From an uncultured delta proteobacterium (GTDB lineage: Bacteria > Desulfobacterota > Binatia > UBA9968): a DNA stretch of 64,000 bases. Positions 29,786 through 39,342 of this stretch are shown piece after piece. Position 1 is the first letter of the stretch, and each line of letters opens with the position of its first letter. The position numbers and the translations under genes were made by a program. A model generated the notes under the pieces. That model was not told the origin of the DNA, did not search any database, and saw only the letters and a program-made list of their open reading frames with translations. The DNA lies in NCBI GenBank assembly GCA_963804165.1, contig CAWDPO010000043.1, forward strand, positions 1-64,000, in the 5' to 3' direction.

Positions 29786-30210
29786 TCACTGAGCCGCGCG
29801 GATCATCTGGCAGAGAGCTTGAATGACTCCTTCAACCAATTCGAAGTCCTGCGAAAGAAGATCATGTAAGTCTCGGGCATCGAGCTTAAGCGCATGGACG
29901 TAGTCCACGGCCTTGACGGTATGAAGAGCCGGGTTGAGATCGAGAGCTGCCACGGTCCCGAAAGCATTACCTTCACTGATCTCTCTGACCTTCTGTCCGT
30001 TTTTTTCCAGCGCTACCCGGCCCTTTAACAGAAGATAGATCGCGTCTATGGGGTCGCCTTCATGAAAGATCGCCTCGTTAGGCTCGAAACGGACCTCTTC
30101 CGTCAATGCAGCGATCCGACCAAGTTGCTCGACCGTGAGCGTGAGCAAAGATATCTACGGATTTAAGGAATAATGACCTTCTCGATGGTCGCAAGTTTTT
30201 TGTTGTTCAC
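29786..30210 (-). CDS. Stand-alone cyclic-nucleotide-binding domain protein, frameshift near the 5' end
   Basis: TIEKVIILKSVDIF; IFHEGDPIDAIYLLLKGRV; FGTVA. Confidence 0.75.
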
Positions 30211-33009
30211 CGCCAATTCGAATCCTCTGACTGACAAGTTCTGCTGCTTCACGCAGAATGAGATGCTCGGACCCAACAAACCTCGCGATGTTAACATGAA
30301 ACCCGCCGAATCCTCTACGACCAATCTCCCAGACGGTTGCCGCTGTCAGCCAGATATCCTCTTGTTCGAGAAGCATGCGCACAGCGGTATTAGCATCGAG
30401 ACTACCCCAACCAAGAAATCCCAGAGCGACGCTGAAGCGCGCGGGTTCAAGGGCATCACCGTAAAGAGGGAAACTGTATCGCTTGACGTCCCCAGTCAGC
30501 AAATTATCAAGCAGCTCGACGGCATGAGCTTGCTTGGTCGGATTGCCAGAATTCAGAGCGCCCCATACGCCTCGAATATCTTTGGCAGGATAGATAAGGG
30601 AAAGCAGCCAGATCACCCGCTCTCTTACCCGTTCCATACTCTCTAGCAGAGCTTGGCGCAGGAGCGATCCCCGATCAGCTTCCGGTTCATCCCCATTAGC
30701 AAACAAAATGTAAAAAAATGCGAACCTCTCGAGAATAGAGCATCACGTCCGAGACAATCGCGCTCTCCACTATCTCTCGGTCCAACTTCAGATCGGAGAA
30801 GCGGCGAGCCATTTGTTCAAAAGCGAGAATAGCCTGGAAGCGGATCGAGCGATCTTCCTCCAGCAGCCCACCGAGAAGCGCATTCATCGCTGCCTGCGAG
30901 TGAATTTTGCTTAGAGTCCGTGGAATATTAAGCCGGATGTCACGGGAAACACGGGAATCGAACAGAGCGCTTCTTAATTCCTTGACCGCAATCTCACCAT
31001 ATCGGATCAAGGCTTCACGAGCTGCGGCCTTGGTCGCGTTAGAACCGAGGCGCAAGATAATATCTGCCACAACTCCAGAATATTTACCCTTACCTGCTGC
31101 AGCCATCGCTTCATGAATCACTCGGCTTGACGGGTCTTCCACGATCAATTTGCTGAGGTGACCTGCGAACGTCGAGTCATTGATCTCACCCATAAGACGC
31201 GCGGCCTCGACACGACTTTCCTCTCCGTCACTGGTGCTGCCATCAAGCATTTCACGGAATCTGTTATATGCCGTTTCGCGCATCGCCTCATCCCCGTGGC
31301 GGAGAAGACACTCTACGGCTCTTCTCTTGACGGTCAGAGCCGGACTTTCAAGATATGGGCGCACGACTGATACCGCGCCGGCTTTGAAAATGGCACAAGC
31401 CGCGCTGATCGCCTCTGCTTGGACTTCTTTCTTTTCGTCCTGCAACATCTGGTTTATCTCTTTCATGGTAGTCGAATCAGGACGTGTTGCAAAAAATTTT
31501 ATGGCTTGAGCTCTGACCTCAGGAGAGGAATGACGGAGCAGACCGCGGGGCAACCGCGCCACAATATCGTTTGGGTCCAATTTTCCTATGAGGTCTAGGC
31601 TGAAAAGGACGGACCGCTCGTCTTTGTCTTCTAAGGTCTTCAATACAGCTTCAAGCGTTCCCTTATCGGCATAGTCGATCCGTACTTCCTCGAAGGATAT
31701 TTCACGGTATGCCAAACTCCTGCGCAAGGCCTCCATGTAGCCTCGTTGCACAACGAAGACAACGGCAGCCCAGATAAAAATAAGACCGATGGAAAAATAA
31801 CTCAGGAGCGTCACCTCGGACCCTCCAAGAAAGAGTATGTAGAAAAGAATGATAAAAGCGGCCATGCCGTCTCCCAGCCGCTCAACGGTCACATCCAGAA
31901 AGACTTTGACCTTCTTCCTTATGAAATCAGGGATTGGAAGATAGAGAATTTCCACCCCTGTGTGATTAACACTCGTGCGCAGAGACGCTTCAGCCAGTCG
32001 GGTGGCTGTTGCCGAAAACAGTCCGGGCCAGATCAAGAAGCTGATAGAACCCGCGAAAAGCGTAAAGGGGAGCAGAAGAAGACTTGGCGTTAGGCCTAGA
32101 CCCATAAAAAGCCTTCGGGTTAACCACACCTGGGCAAGGAGCGTGACGACACTTAGCCAGGCGTAGTAAGAACCAAAGAAAGCCGCCAACACATCTTTTG
32201 ACGGATAAGCTTCCTTTGCCGCGGCCTTGAACTGATAGTCGATCAAAGTCGAAACTATGACCGATACAAAAATAAGCGCTGCGATCGCCTGCAAATAGAG
32301 GGAGCCGCGCAGAGTCCCGATGATCCCATTCGCATCGCGGGCCTGCATTTCCCCGGGTGGCACCTCTTCTCGATGGGTTGCTGCGAAGACTCTTTGTCCC
32401 TCTCTAACGGCGAACCAGGCCACGCCAAAAGCGCCGGCGAAAAGAACCGCGATCAGCCATAGAAGTTGGTTTGTGCCGAAGAAGAACAGTAACCGCTAAA
32501 TTAGCCCCTAATCCGCCGGTCATTGCGCCCAGCGTTCCAGCCGCTGTGAGGATGCCAAAAAGACGTTTGCCCTCGCGTGGATTGAACATGTCATTCACTA
32601 AGGTCCAGAACTGCGCAACAGCAACAAGGCCCACGATAGCTGACCACATGTAAAAGCCGTAGATAATCCAAGCAAAATCGTAAAAAGTGATAAGGAGCCA
32701 AAAAATAATAACGTTAGAGACAATGACCGCGTGTGAGCCAAGGATGACCTGTGAAAGCGAAAGCCTCGAGGTGTAACGAGAATAGATGCCGATGACCACG
32801 CCCGCGAGGAGCGCCGCCAAGAGATAAACATAGGGAAGCTGAGTTATCGGAAAGCGGCTGAGAAAAAGGGAATCCCTGACAATTTTGATAACGTTGTTGG
32901 CAGCGAGCAAGAAAAAGAGAAATGCTGCCATCAATCCAATTCGCGCTGCTTCACCGGGACGAACGTCAAAGAAGCGCGAAAAATTGGTCGTTAAAAAGCG
33001 AAGGGTCAC
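30155..33009 (-). CDS. Npt1/Npt2-family nucleotide transporter fused to HEAT repeats, two frameshifts
   Basis: VIKIVRDSLFL, REGKRLFG, STLIDYQFK, KVFLDVTVERLGD, then helical repeats (LLRHSSPEVRAQA; AHAVELLDNLL). Confidence 0.8.
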
Positions 33010-33270
33010 GGTTCATCCATTTTGTTGACACAACGAGGAGAGAATTCCGCCCTCGAATGTATAGCCGTGAGAACGACAAGTCTAACGGTGTCAGATCTTC
33101 GCAACGTGGTAGGCCTCGCAATCAAGATTCACCACACTGTTCTGACAAAACTGCGCTGTAACTCCGCTGGCGGGTCGAGAGCCATTTCCCGGGCATGATG
33201 CCTGGTTAAAAATATTGGACACAACCCGTAGGTTGTCACGCAACGACAAGCGACGAACGGAGACCCTGCT

Positions 33271-33453
33271 TCAGGCGCGTTTCGCCTCGACGCGGTAGTT
33301 GCGCATCATTCCCAGATCTTCATGCTCGAGGATGTGGCAGTGATACAGATAAAGCCCAGTGTGGTCCTCGAACTTCATGAGAACTTTGACGCGCTGGCCG
33401 GGCAGAACCAGCACCACATCTAGCCCCTCGTCGGTAAATCCCGCGATCAGGCC
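33271..33453 (-). pseudogene. 3' remnant of a three-domain multicopper oxidase (CueO/laccase-like)
   Basis: Translated by hand: FTDEGLDVVLVLPGQRVKVLMKFEDHTGLYLYHCHILEHEDLGMMRNYRVE*; nothing upstream. Confidence 0.8.
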
Positions 33454-33474
33454 GGATGGGATTTAAGCGTGTCT

Positions 33475-33996
33475 CTAATGATGTGTAGCGTGGTCTCCGT
33501 GGTCGGAGAGCTGTGCTGAAAACCATTGATGGAGCGCCGTGACTAGCTTGGGGTCCTTTGCTTGGTAGCGAATCTGAGCGCCATCCGGCAAAGCTGAATA
33601 GCGAACATCGATTTTTTTCGCTCCTGACTTCAAATCGGCCAGGCCTGGCATATCCTCGCCATGAATTTTTGCCGGGTCAGAAAAATCTCCCTTACGAAAC
33701 TTATCTGACTCTTCTTTTAGGTGGGACTGTATTAATGCAATCTGTTTTTTATTCGAAGGGTCTTTAACGACTACCTTCTGCAGGCCGCCGTCTTCAAGCT
33801 TCTGAAATACATGGGTCGTTTGTTCGAGATCGAACGGCATCACCTTCGCGCCTTTTACAGCGACTTCCTTCTGGCGAGTTTGGGCGGGTAAGATCGCCGT
33901 GGCGAAAAGAACCACAAGCGCTGCGGTCGAAATAATCAGCGCGCCGCCGGTGATAAACGTGTGTGTTTGCTTGGAACAACTCTCGTTGATTTTCAT
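33475..33996 (-). CDS. Secreted conserved hypothetical protein
   Basis: Signal peptide; VMPFDL..TTHVF..GG; GDFSDPAKIHGEDMPGL; His-rich tail HGDHATHH. Confidence 0.7.
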   Translation of the reverse strand: MKINESCSKQTHTFITGGALIISTAALVVLFATAILPAQTRQKEVAVKGAKVMPFDLEQTTHVFQKLEDGGLQKVVVKDPSNKKQIALIQSHLKEESDKFRKGDFSDPAKIHGEDMPGLADLKSGAKKIDVRYSALPDGAQIRYQAKDPKLVTALHQWFSAQLSDHGDHATHH

Positions 33997-34160
33997 GGGA
34001 CTATAACTCTTTCTGCATCTTGCATTTTGAATCGCGCAAGGGACCCCCGTGGCTTAGGCACCGGGGGTCGTTAGCTCTGCGCGACGACGTTATTAGCTAA
34101 GTCCCACAGGACCGCCAAACGGCGTCAAATTAAATAATGGTGACGAAAGCCGCTCGGCCC

Positions 34161-34442
34161 TTATTCATGGCCTGCTTTGCCTGCGTGATCTTTCATCGCA
34201 TCCCCTGCCTTGCCGTGGCTCTTCATGTCATGCCCAGCCTTGGCCATGTGATTCTTCATCATCTCATGATGCCCTGCCTTGCTCATGTGATTCTTCATCA
34301 TTTCATGATGGCCTGCCTTCATCGCGTGCCCGTCAGCTCCGTGCGTGTCATGCTCCGAACCGTGATCCAACTGGGCAACTGCCACGCCGGATAGAATCGT
34401 GAATGCACCCACTGCGAGACTCACGCCTAGAAATTTTCTCAC
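34161..34442 (-). CDS. Small secreted His/Met-rich repeat protein
   Basis: Signal peptide; KAGHHEMMKNHM twice (39-nt tandem repeat) plus three degenerate KAG units. Confidence 0.75.
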   Translation of the reverse strand: MRKFLGVSLAVGAFTILSGVAVAQLDHGSEHDTHGADGHAMKAGHHEMMKNHMSKAGHHEMMKNHMAKAGHDMKSHGKAGDAMKDHAGKAGHE

Positions 34443-35031
34443 AGCTTCTCACCTCCCTTCTATAAGAGATCTCAACCGCTGATTAGACCACGCTCGATGC
34501 CAAATAGTTCTCTGAGGGAACTAAAAACCGTTGTGTTGACGCACTTCGAAAAAGGCGCGTAGCAGGTCTGTTCAATCATAGACGTAAGATGTGATCAAAA
34601 GGTTTACGCGATTACAATCGAATAAAGTTCTCAAATTGCTTTAGTGTGAAGGAAGTCTGACGGGAAGATCTCTAGCTCTTCGCGGAGCGGTAGAGCTTGG
34701 CTTTGTGGTGATCGGCAGCAAGAAAATTGAAGCGCCCGACGCGAAGAAGCGCGGACGCAAGGTGAAAACGGCAGAAGCGGCGGCATAACCCTCTGCTCCG
34801 CTACCTGCTTTTAGACATTTGCCGATTGCTTGCTGGCGTCGTCAGGGAGTTCGGAAGCTTTGCCTTTTCCGAGCCGAACCAGCTCGTCGGTTGCGCTTGC
34901 TCAGGGTCAGCCACCTTTCATAAGCTTCGGCAACTTAAGCTTGAAAATCGCGGAGACGATGCCAGACGCTACACCTAGAGTGCCGGCAAGCACCACGGCA
35001 AGAGGACCGTATTGTTTCCTTTGGGTGCTCA

Positions 35032-35262
35032 TTACGCCGCCCGTTGTTTCTTTACTTGCTCACGCAACTCTTCCAACTCGCGGCGAAGCCGATCTATCTC
35101 ATCGCTATCGCGGTGATGTGGCCCCATGCATATGAAACGACCGCCACTAGCTATAGTGCGCAGCACGACGACCACAACTAAAAAGCAGATCAGTAGCCCG
35201 ATTACAGGGAAGATCCACCAGAAACCCCACATCGGTCCCATCCATGGTCCAGGTCCCCACAT
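35032..35262 (-). CDS. Small single-TM protein with Trp/Met/Gly-rich N-terminus
   Basis: MWGPGPWMGPMWGFWW, TM, CMGPHH, coiled tail; AGGAGG RBS. Confidence 0.65.
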   Translation of the reverse strand: MWGPGPWMGPMWGFWWIFPVIGLLICFLVVVVVLRTIASGGRFICMGPHHRDSDEIDRLRRELEELREQVKKQRAA

Positions 35263-35288
35263 GACAGTTTCCTCCTGATAAAATACTG

Positions 35289-35304
35289 AGCAAATGTGGT
35301 GCCC
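35289..35304 (-). promoter_or_regulatory. Putative sigma-54 promoter
   Basis: GGGCACCACATTTGCT (GG-N10-GC) just upstream of the RBS of the gene starting at 35262. Confidence 0.45.
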
Positions 35305-35448
35305 GGCGAAGCTATTTGTTTATGGGGCACTTCGCGGACTCCGTTCCGCAAATCTGCGAAATCACTAGTGTAAAATTCTCAGCAATAGAAACATGAGTCC
35401 TATGAAAAATTCTTCTGACAGTAACCAGCCGGATTTCTGGACCGGCCG

Positions 35449-35649
35449 CTATTCAACGATGAAGCTCACCCACTTCTCGCCGTTGCGGTCGAAGGAGGTA
35501 ATACAATCGCAGTGCAGCGAAGAAGTATCGGCGCCGGTATCGAGCCTCGCCTCAACAAGGAGATTGCCCGGATGGATCTGAACCTTTTCCACCCATCCAA
35601 CCGTCGTTTTTTCACCGCCATCGACAGATGAAATCAAAGCAAAAGCCAT
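35449..35649 (-). pseudogene. Truncated RimK/LysX-associated retropepsin-like aspartic protease
   Basis: VGWVEKV..ARLDTGADTSSLH; stops before the C-terminal half. Confidence 0.65.
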
Positions 35650-35704
35650 CTGTGCGCTCCCAAGCGGTCGTTCCTGCCCGCTGCGTTGCGCTACTGCCTA
35701 TCTT

Positions 35705-36259
35705 TCACAAACCTTTCTTCTCCAACCAAAAAAGTACGGCACCGAAAACTAAAACAACGGGCACAATCACTGGCCAGGGGTCCGTCCCGATCAAGGAAGG
35801 AATGGTCAGCTTGCCGTAATCGCCGAGCTTAAGAAGGTTATTTTGAATAAACGGATAGACTTCCGAGTAGAGACCGGCACCGATCAAAATACCGAGAACA
35901 CCGCGAAACAAACCGTCTAAGCGACCTTCGCCGAAGGCCGCGGCACAGGTGCCGGGTCAGAAGCCCAAGAGCAACATGCCGACGCCGAAGATCAGACCGC
36001 CGAGAATATTCGCGCCGAGCAGCGTCGGTTTGATGTGGAGATTGACCAAACCAAGATCGTGCAACGCGTAGACGCCGACCATGCCGACCAGGATCGCCGC
36101 GAACATGACTTTTTGCACCGTCAGATCGGTCCAACGGAAAAAGGACACGATCTTCTGATACTTGGTTACTTGTGCTTTTTGCAAAATAAAGCCAAACAGA
36201 ATTCCCGTGACGAGCCCGAGTACGAGGCGCGCCGGACCGGTAATTTCCAGTGGACCCAT
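35705..36259 (-). CDS. YeeE/YedE sulfur-transport family protein B, probable selenoprotein (UGA at 35957-35959)
   Basis: One continuous 184-aa frame if the UGA is read: GGLIFGVGMLLLGF-U-PGTCAAAFGEGRLDG; the family motif is G(Y/F)CPGT. Confidence 0.85.
35921..35941 (-). promoter_or_regulatory. Bacterial SECIS-like hairpin for YeeE-B
   Basis: GCGGCCUUC-GGC-GAAGGUCGC; 9-bp stem starting 15 nt after the UGA; G first in the loop. Confidence 0.65.
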
Positions 36260-36261
36260 AA

Positions 36262-36783
36262 CTACACCCTCCGAAAGATCAGCCGCGCCATGATTGTTCC
36301 TGAAATCATCATTGCGATCAGAAAAATCCAACTGCTCACCGCCAATTGAAGCCCTCCACTGAGGGCGTGGCCGCTCGTTCAGCCATCGGCCAGTCGCGCG
36401 CCGAAACCGACGAAAATGCCACCGAGAATCCCGAGGACCCAACGCTGCGTGTTGCTTGTGCCGAACCGGCTCACCCACATGTCGGGAAGCGAGCCGCTAA
36501 ACGCAACGGCTTTTTGACTTAACCGCGCGGCCAGGTAGGCGCCGATGGGAATGCCGAGCACGAGCATAAATTGCCAGTCGACAATCGGCTTGACGTTATG
36601 CCAGTAAGCGTTCGCCGCCACATGATCCGGCGCGACCAGTCCAACCAGCATGCCAGCGGAGCGTGAGAAAGTAGTCGAAACCGACAGGTAGTAATTCGCG
36701 GTGTAGAACACAGCGATGTTAAGCAGGCCCAGCAGTAAACCTGCTTGCCACCACGACCATTCTTCTTTTTTGAGCCAGTTCAT
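36262..36783 (-). CDS. YeeE/YedE sulfur-transport family protein A, probable selenoprotein (UGA at 36379-36381)
   Basis: One continuous 173-aa frame: GFGARLADG-U-TSGHALSGGLQLAVSSW; the family motif is GARLAxGCTSGH. Confidence 0.85.
36351..36366 (-). promoter_or_regulatory. Bacterial SECIS-like hairpin for YeeE-A
   Basis: GCCCUC-AGUG-GAGGGC, starting 12 nt after the UGA; GU in the loop. Confidence 0.65.
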
Positions 36784-36875
36784 AGAAGATTCTCCGTCGA
36801 ACCATCCGCGGCGGCGAAAACCGTATGCGATTCGGAATTCGCCGCCGTGCTCCCCACTTACTTTTCCGTCCCGCG

Positions 36876-37340
36876 CTACCGCCGCCGCCAGCCGCTCCAC
36901 ACTGGGAAGCCGCTGTCATCGCGCAGCTTCAAGACTTCATCTCCCTTCTTCACCTCCGCCGCGATGATCGCCGGTTTGCCCGCAAAAGTCGTTCTGGTGC
37001 CTTTCACCTCGACTTTGTCTTTCGGTTCGATCTTTACGTCTTGATTCTCGAGGTACCAACTCGGCCCAAGGTGCACAGAGACCGTTTCTTTATCGGTCTT
37101 CACGTTCATGTGAATTCCCGCTGCCATCCCTTTGTTCGGCGTGATCCGATCGATGCCGTCACTTCTCCGGAGATCGTTTCCGCCGCCTTTGGATCGTACA
37201 TTTTATTGTACTGTGTTCCCGGTCCCCAACCACCACTCCCTCGCCACATCATCCCCCCTCTTGGCTGCGCGAAGGACGACAAAGCCGCGAGCGAAATCGC
37301 GATTGCTCCGGCGCACAAAATTAAACCAAGTCTTCTTCAT
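36876..37340 (-). CDS. Secreted OB-fold protein, frameshift near 37150
   Basis: Signal peptide; YNKMYDPKAAETISGEV; VHLGPSWYL; GDEVLKLRDDSGFPVWSGWRRR. Confidence 0.7.
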
Positions 37341-37393
37341 TTTTTTCACCTCCTTTCTGCTTCATGCGTTTGATGGTAGGCAATGAGTCGTAG

Positions 37394-37409
37394 AGCAACG
37401 GATATGCCA
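37394..37409 (-). promoter_or_regulatory. Putative sigma-54 promoter for the OB-fold/yeeE operon
   Basis: TGGCATATCCGTTGCT (GG-N10-GC), about 55 nt upstream of the start codon. Confidence 0.55.
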
Positions 37410-37441
37410 CGATAAAGCTACTGCGTTTTGGGGAGGTTCGC

Positions 37442-38074
37442 TCAATACGTTTTTCGAAATTGCGAAAAGCGGAACCCTACAATTTGCGAACCTAGCGAAA
37501 AACGAAGCGCCCACCAGCGATCGGCAGCCGTCGGAAAGAGAACTCTGGCGCTTAAGAGCTTAGAGGATTCGCTCGGGGGTAAAGGCGCGTCCCCCAGCGG
37601 GCAGGGCGAAGCTGGTGTCTGCCGATGAAAAATTTCGGGCTCAATTTTGATGACGCTTTTGATCGAGTTGGAGACGAAACAATTCTCTTTGGCTTTTTCC
37701 AAGATTCGCGGCATGCGCGCAAGATCGTTGGCCGAAGCCAAGACGACTCGGGGCTTCACGACGATCTCGGTGATCTGAAAACCGCCTCCCTGGACCTTTT
37801 CTAATTTTCCCTTTGCCGTCGAAGACACACTCACCAGCGCGATTTTGGAAAACTCCGCGATGGCGAGCAAGGTGAGCGTGTAGCAGGTGTTCAGCGAGGC
37901 GACGAAGAGATGTTCCGGCGACCAATTGCTCTCCTTGCCTTTAAATTCTGGCGGCGCACCGGCGTCGATAGCCGGCAGCTTACCGCTTGTAACCCGTAAG
38001 TCCTTTTCACCTTTCCACTCGATCTCTGTCTCGTAAAAATAATTCGACTCGCTCATTTTACCGTCCTCTGCCAA
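37442..38074 (-). CDS. OsmC-family protein
   Basis: APPEFKG..WSPEHLFVASLNTC; KAKENCFVSNS. The last ~40 aa may be an indel artefact. Confidence 0.85.
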   Translation of the reverse strand: MAEDGKMSESNYFYETEIEWKGEKDLRVTSGKLPAIDAGAPPEFKGKESNWSPEHLFVASLNTCYTLTLLAIAEFSKIALVSVSSTAKGKLEKVQGGGFQITEIVVKPRVVLASANDLARMPRILEKAKENCFVSNSIKSVIKIEPEIFHRQTPASPCPLGDAPLPPSESSKLLSARVLFPTAADRWWALRFSLGSQIVGFRFSQFRKTY

Positions 38075-38105
38075 CAGCGGGTTTTGACCGCCGTCTTTGC
38101 CGGAC

Positions 38106-38297
38106 TCAGTTCAACCACTCCGACACCTTTCCCGCCATTATGACATCGAGAATCTCTTTACAGTCCTCGATCGCGTTATCGACAACTTTCGAGTCGTTCG
38201 AGTGCGATAAGCCCTGTTTAACGGCACCGTGCAGGGCGTGTACAACCTCCTGCAGATGCTCATCGAGTTTTTCAATATTCGGTGCTGCTTGCGGCAT
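38106..38297 (-). CDS. Small hypothetical protein (63 aa)
   Basis: GGAGG RBS; tightly packed between the paaA-like gene and osmC. Confidence 0.55.
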   Translation of the reverse strand: MPQAAPNIEKLDEHLQEVVHALHGAVKQGLSHSNDSKVVDNAIEDCKEILDVIMAGKVSEWLN

Positions 38298-38314
38298 ATG
38301 ACCTCCGTTCCATT

Positions 38315-39031
38315 TTAGATATAGCGACGACCTTTGAGCGGGTCAGGAATTTTGAGCCCCATGCTTTCCAAAATCGGATTGACCTCTTTGATGTAATCCT
38401 CTCGCGCTTGTTCGTTGGAGCGTCGTTTGAGACCCCAATAGCGATAGCGCTCGGCCCGTTGTGAACCGCTCCGACCGAACATATCGAGGGCTCGCACATA
38501 CCAATAATCGATCGCTTTCTGCACCCGCTCCTTTTGCTGGTCGCCTTTCGACAACAGCTCCAGCGTTTTGTTATAGCCATATTCGATATGGCCTAGCTCC
38601 TCGGCCACGATATCCGGCAGAATGCGCTGCAATGGCAGATAACTGCAGTCGTAAAATTCTTCCAACTGGTATCGTCCGATTCGATCGATCAAGAAACCGA
38701 AGACGGCATTGTCCTCCCAGGTCGTGATCAGACCGCGAAACGCATCGACGAAACGCTTTTCATTGGGTTGGCTCAGCACGAAGGTAACGTCCGTACCCAT
38801 ATCGCCGGCCAAGCGCGCTACTTTGCGAAAATGGTCGATCTCCTCGGCGGCCGTGCGTGCGACGATGAGTTGATCCAGCTTTGTCGGCGCAGCCGGCAGC
38901 ATCTTCTCTATGTAAAGATGGGGTCCGCCGATCTCGCAGTCCGCCTGAATCGTTAACACGCGGCCTAGGAGATCTTTGTATTCCGGATCCATCTTGTCAA
39001 AATCCTTGAGCTCGATCTTATCGGTAAACAT
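38315..39031 (-). CDS. PaaA/PaaC-like ferritin-fold diiron protein
   Basis: QADCEIGG, APT, AEEIDH, AEELGH (two ExxH), YWGLKRRSNEQAR. Confidence 0.75.
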   Translation of the reverse strand: MFTDKIELKDFDKMDPEYKDLLGRVLTIQADCEIGGPHLYIEKMLPAAPTKLDQLIVARTAAEEIDHFRKVARLAGDMGTDVTFVLSQPNEKRFVDAFRGLITTWEDNAVFGFLIDRIGRYQLEEFYDCSYLPLQRILPDIVAEELGHIEYGYNKTLELLSKGDQQKERVQKAIDYWYVRALDMFGRSGSQRAERYRYWGLKRRSNEQAREDYIKEVNPILESMGLKIPDPLKGRRYI

Positions 39032-39342
39032 TTCTCGTCTCCCCCTTTTTTAGGCGTGGCTTGGTCCTCCGTATGAGCAGTGAAAGGAGCAAGACAGGTG
39101 CCAGTGATCTAACGCATTTCTACAAGAGAAATCATCAAAGGCATTTGTTATTTTCTCATTAGTCGGAGATTTGGCGATTTGCATTCTCATGATTAGGAAG
39201 GTTTTCTTGGCGCCGCTAATTGTGATTTGATGCTGACACTTCCTTTGCCGGGAGCTCTCAAGAAGATTCATGTCCACTGCATCGGAGGATGCCAAAACAG
39301 TTCAAGCTCTTCCGCAGATGGAGATTTGCGCCTAAATATTGA

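Noticed and set aside
33475-33996. 'Aspartate carbamoyltransferase' label that I recall being attached to similar proteins
   Set aside because: It is a secreted 173-aa protein with no ATCase STRT or HPLP motifs.
35705-36783. yeeE genes as nonsense pseudogenes or frameshifts
   Set aside because: There is no frame change; both stops are TGA at the conserved Cys and are followed by SECIS-like stems.
36876-37340. Magnetosome (MamS/MamX-like) gene
   Set aside because: Only a generic OB-fold resemblance, and there are no other mam genes in the window.
38315-39031. Phenylacetate degradation operon
   Set aside because: No other paa genes are in the window.
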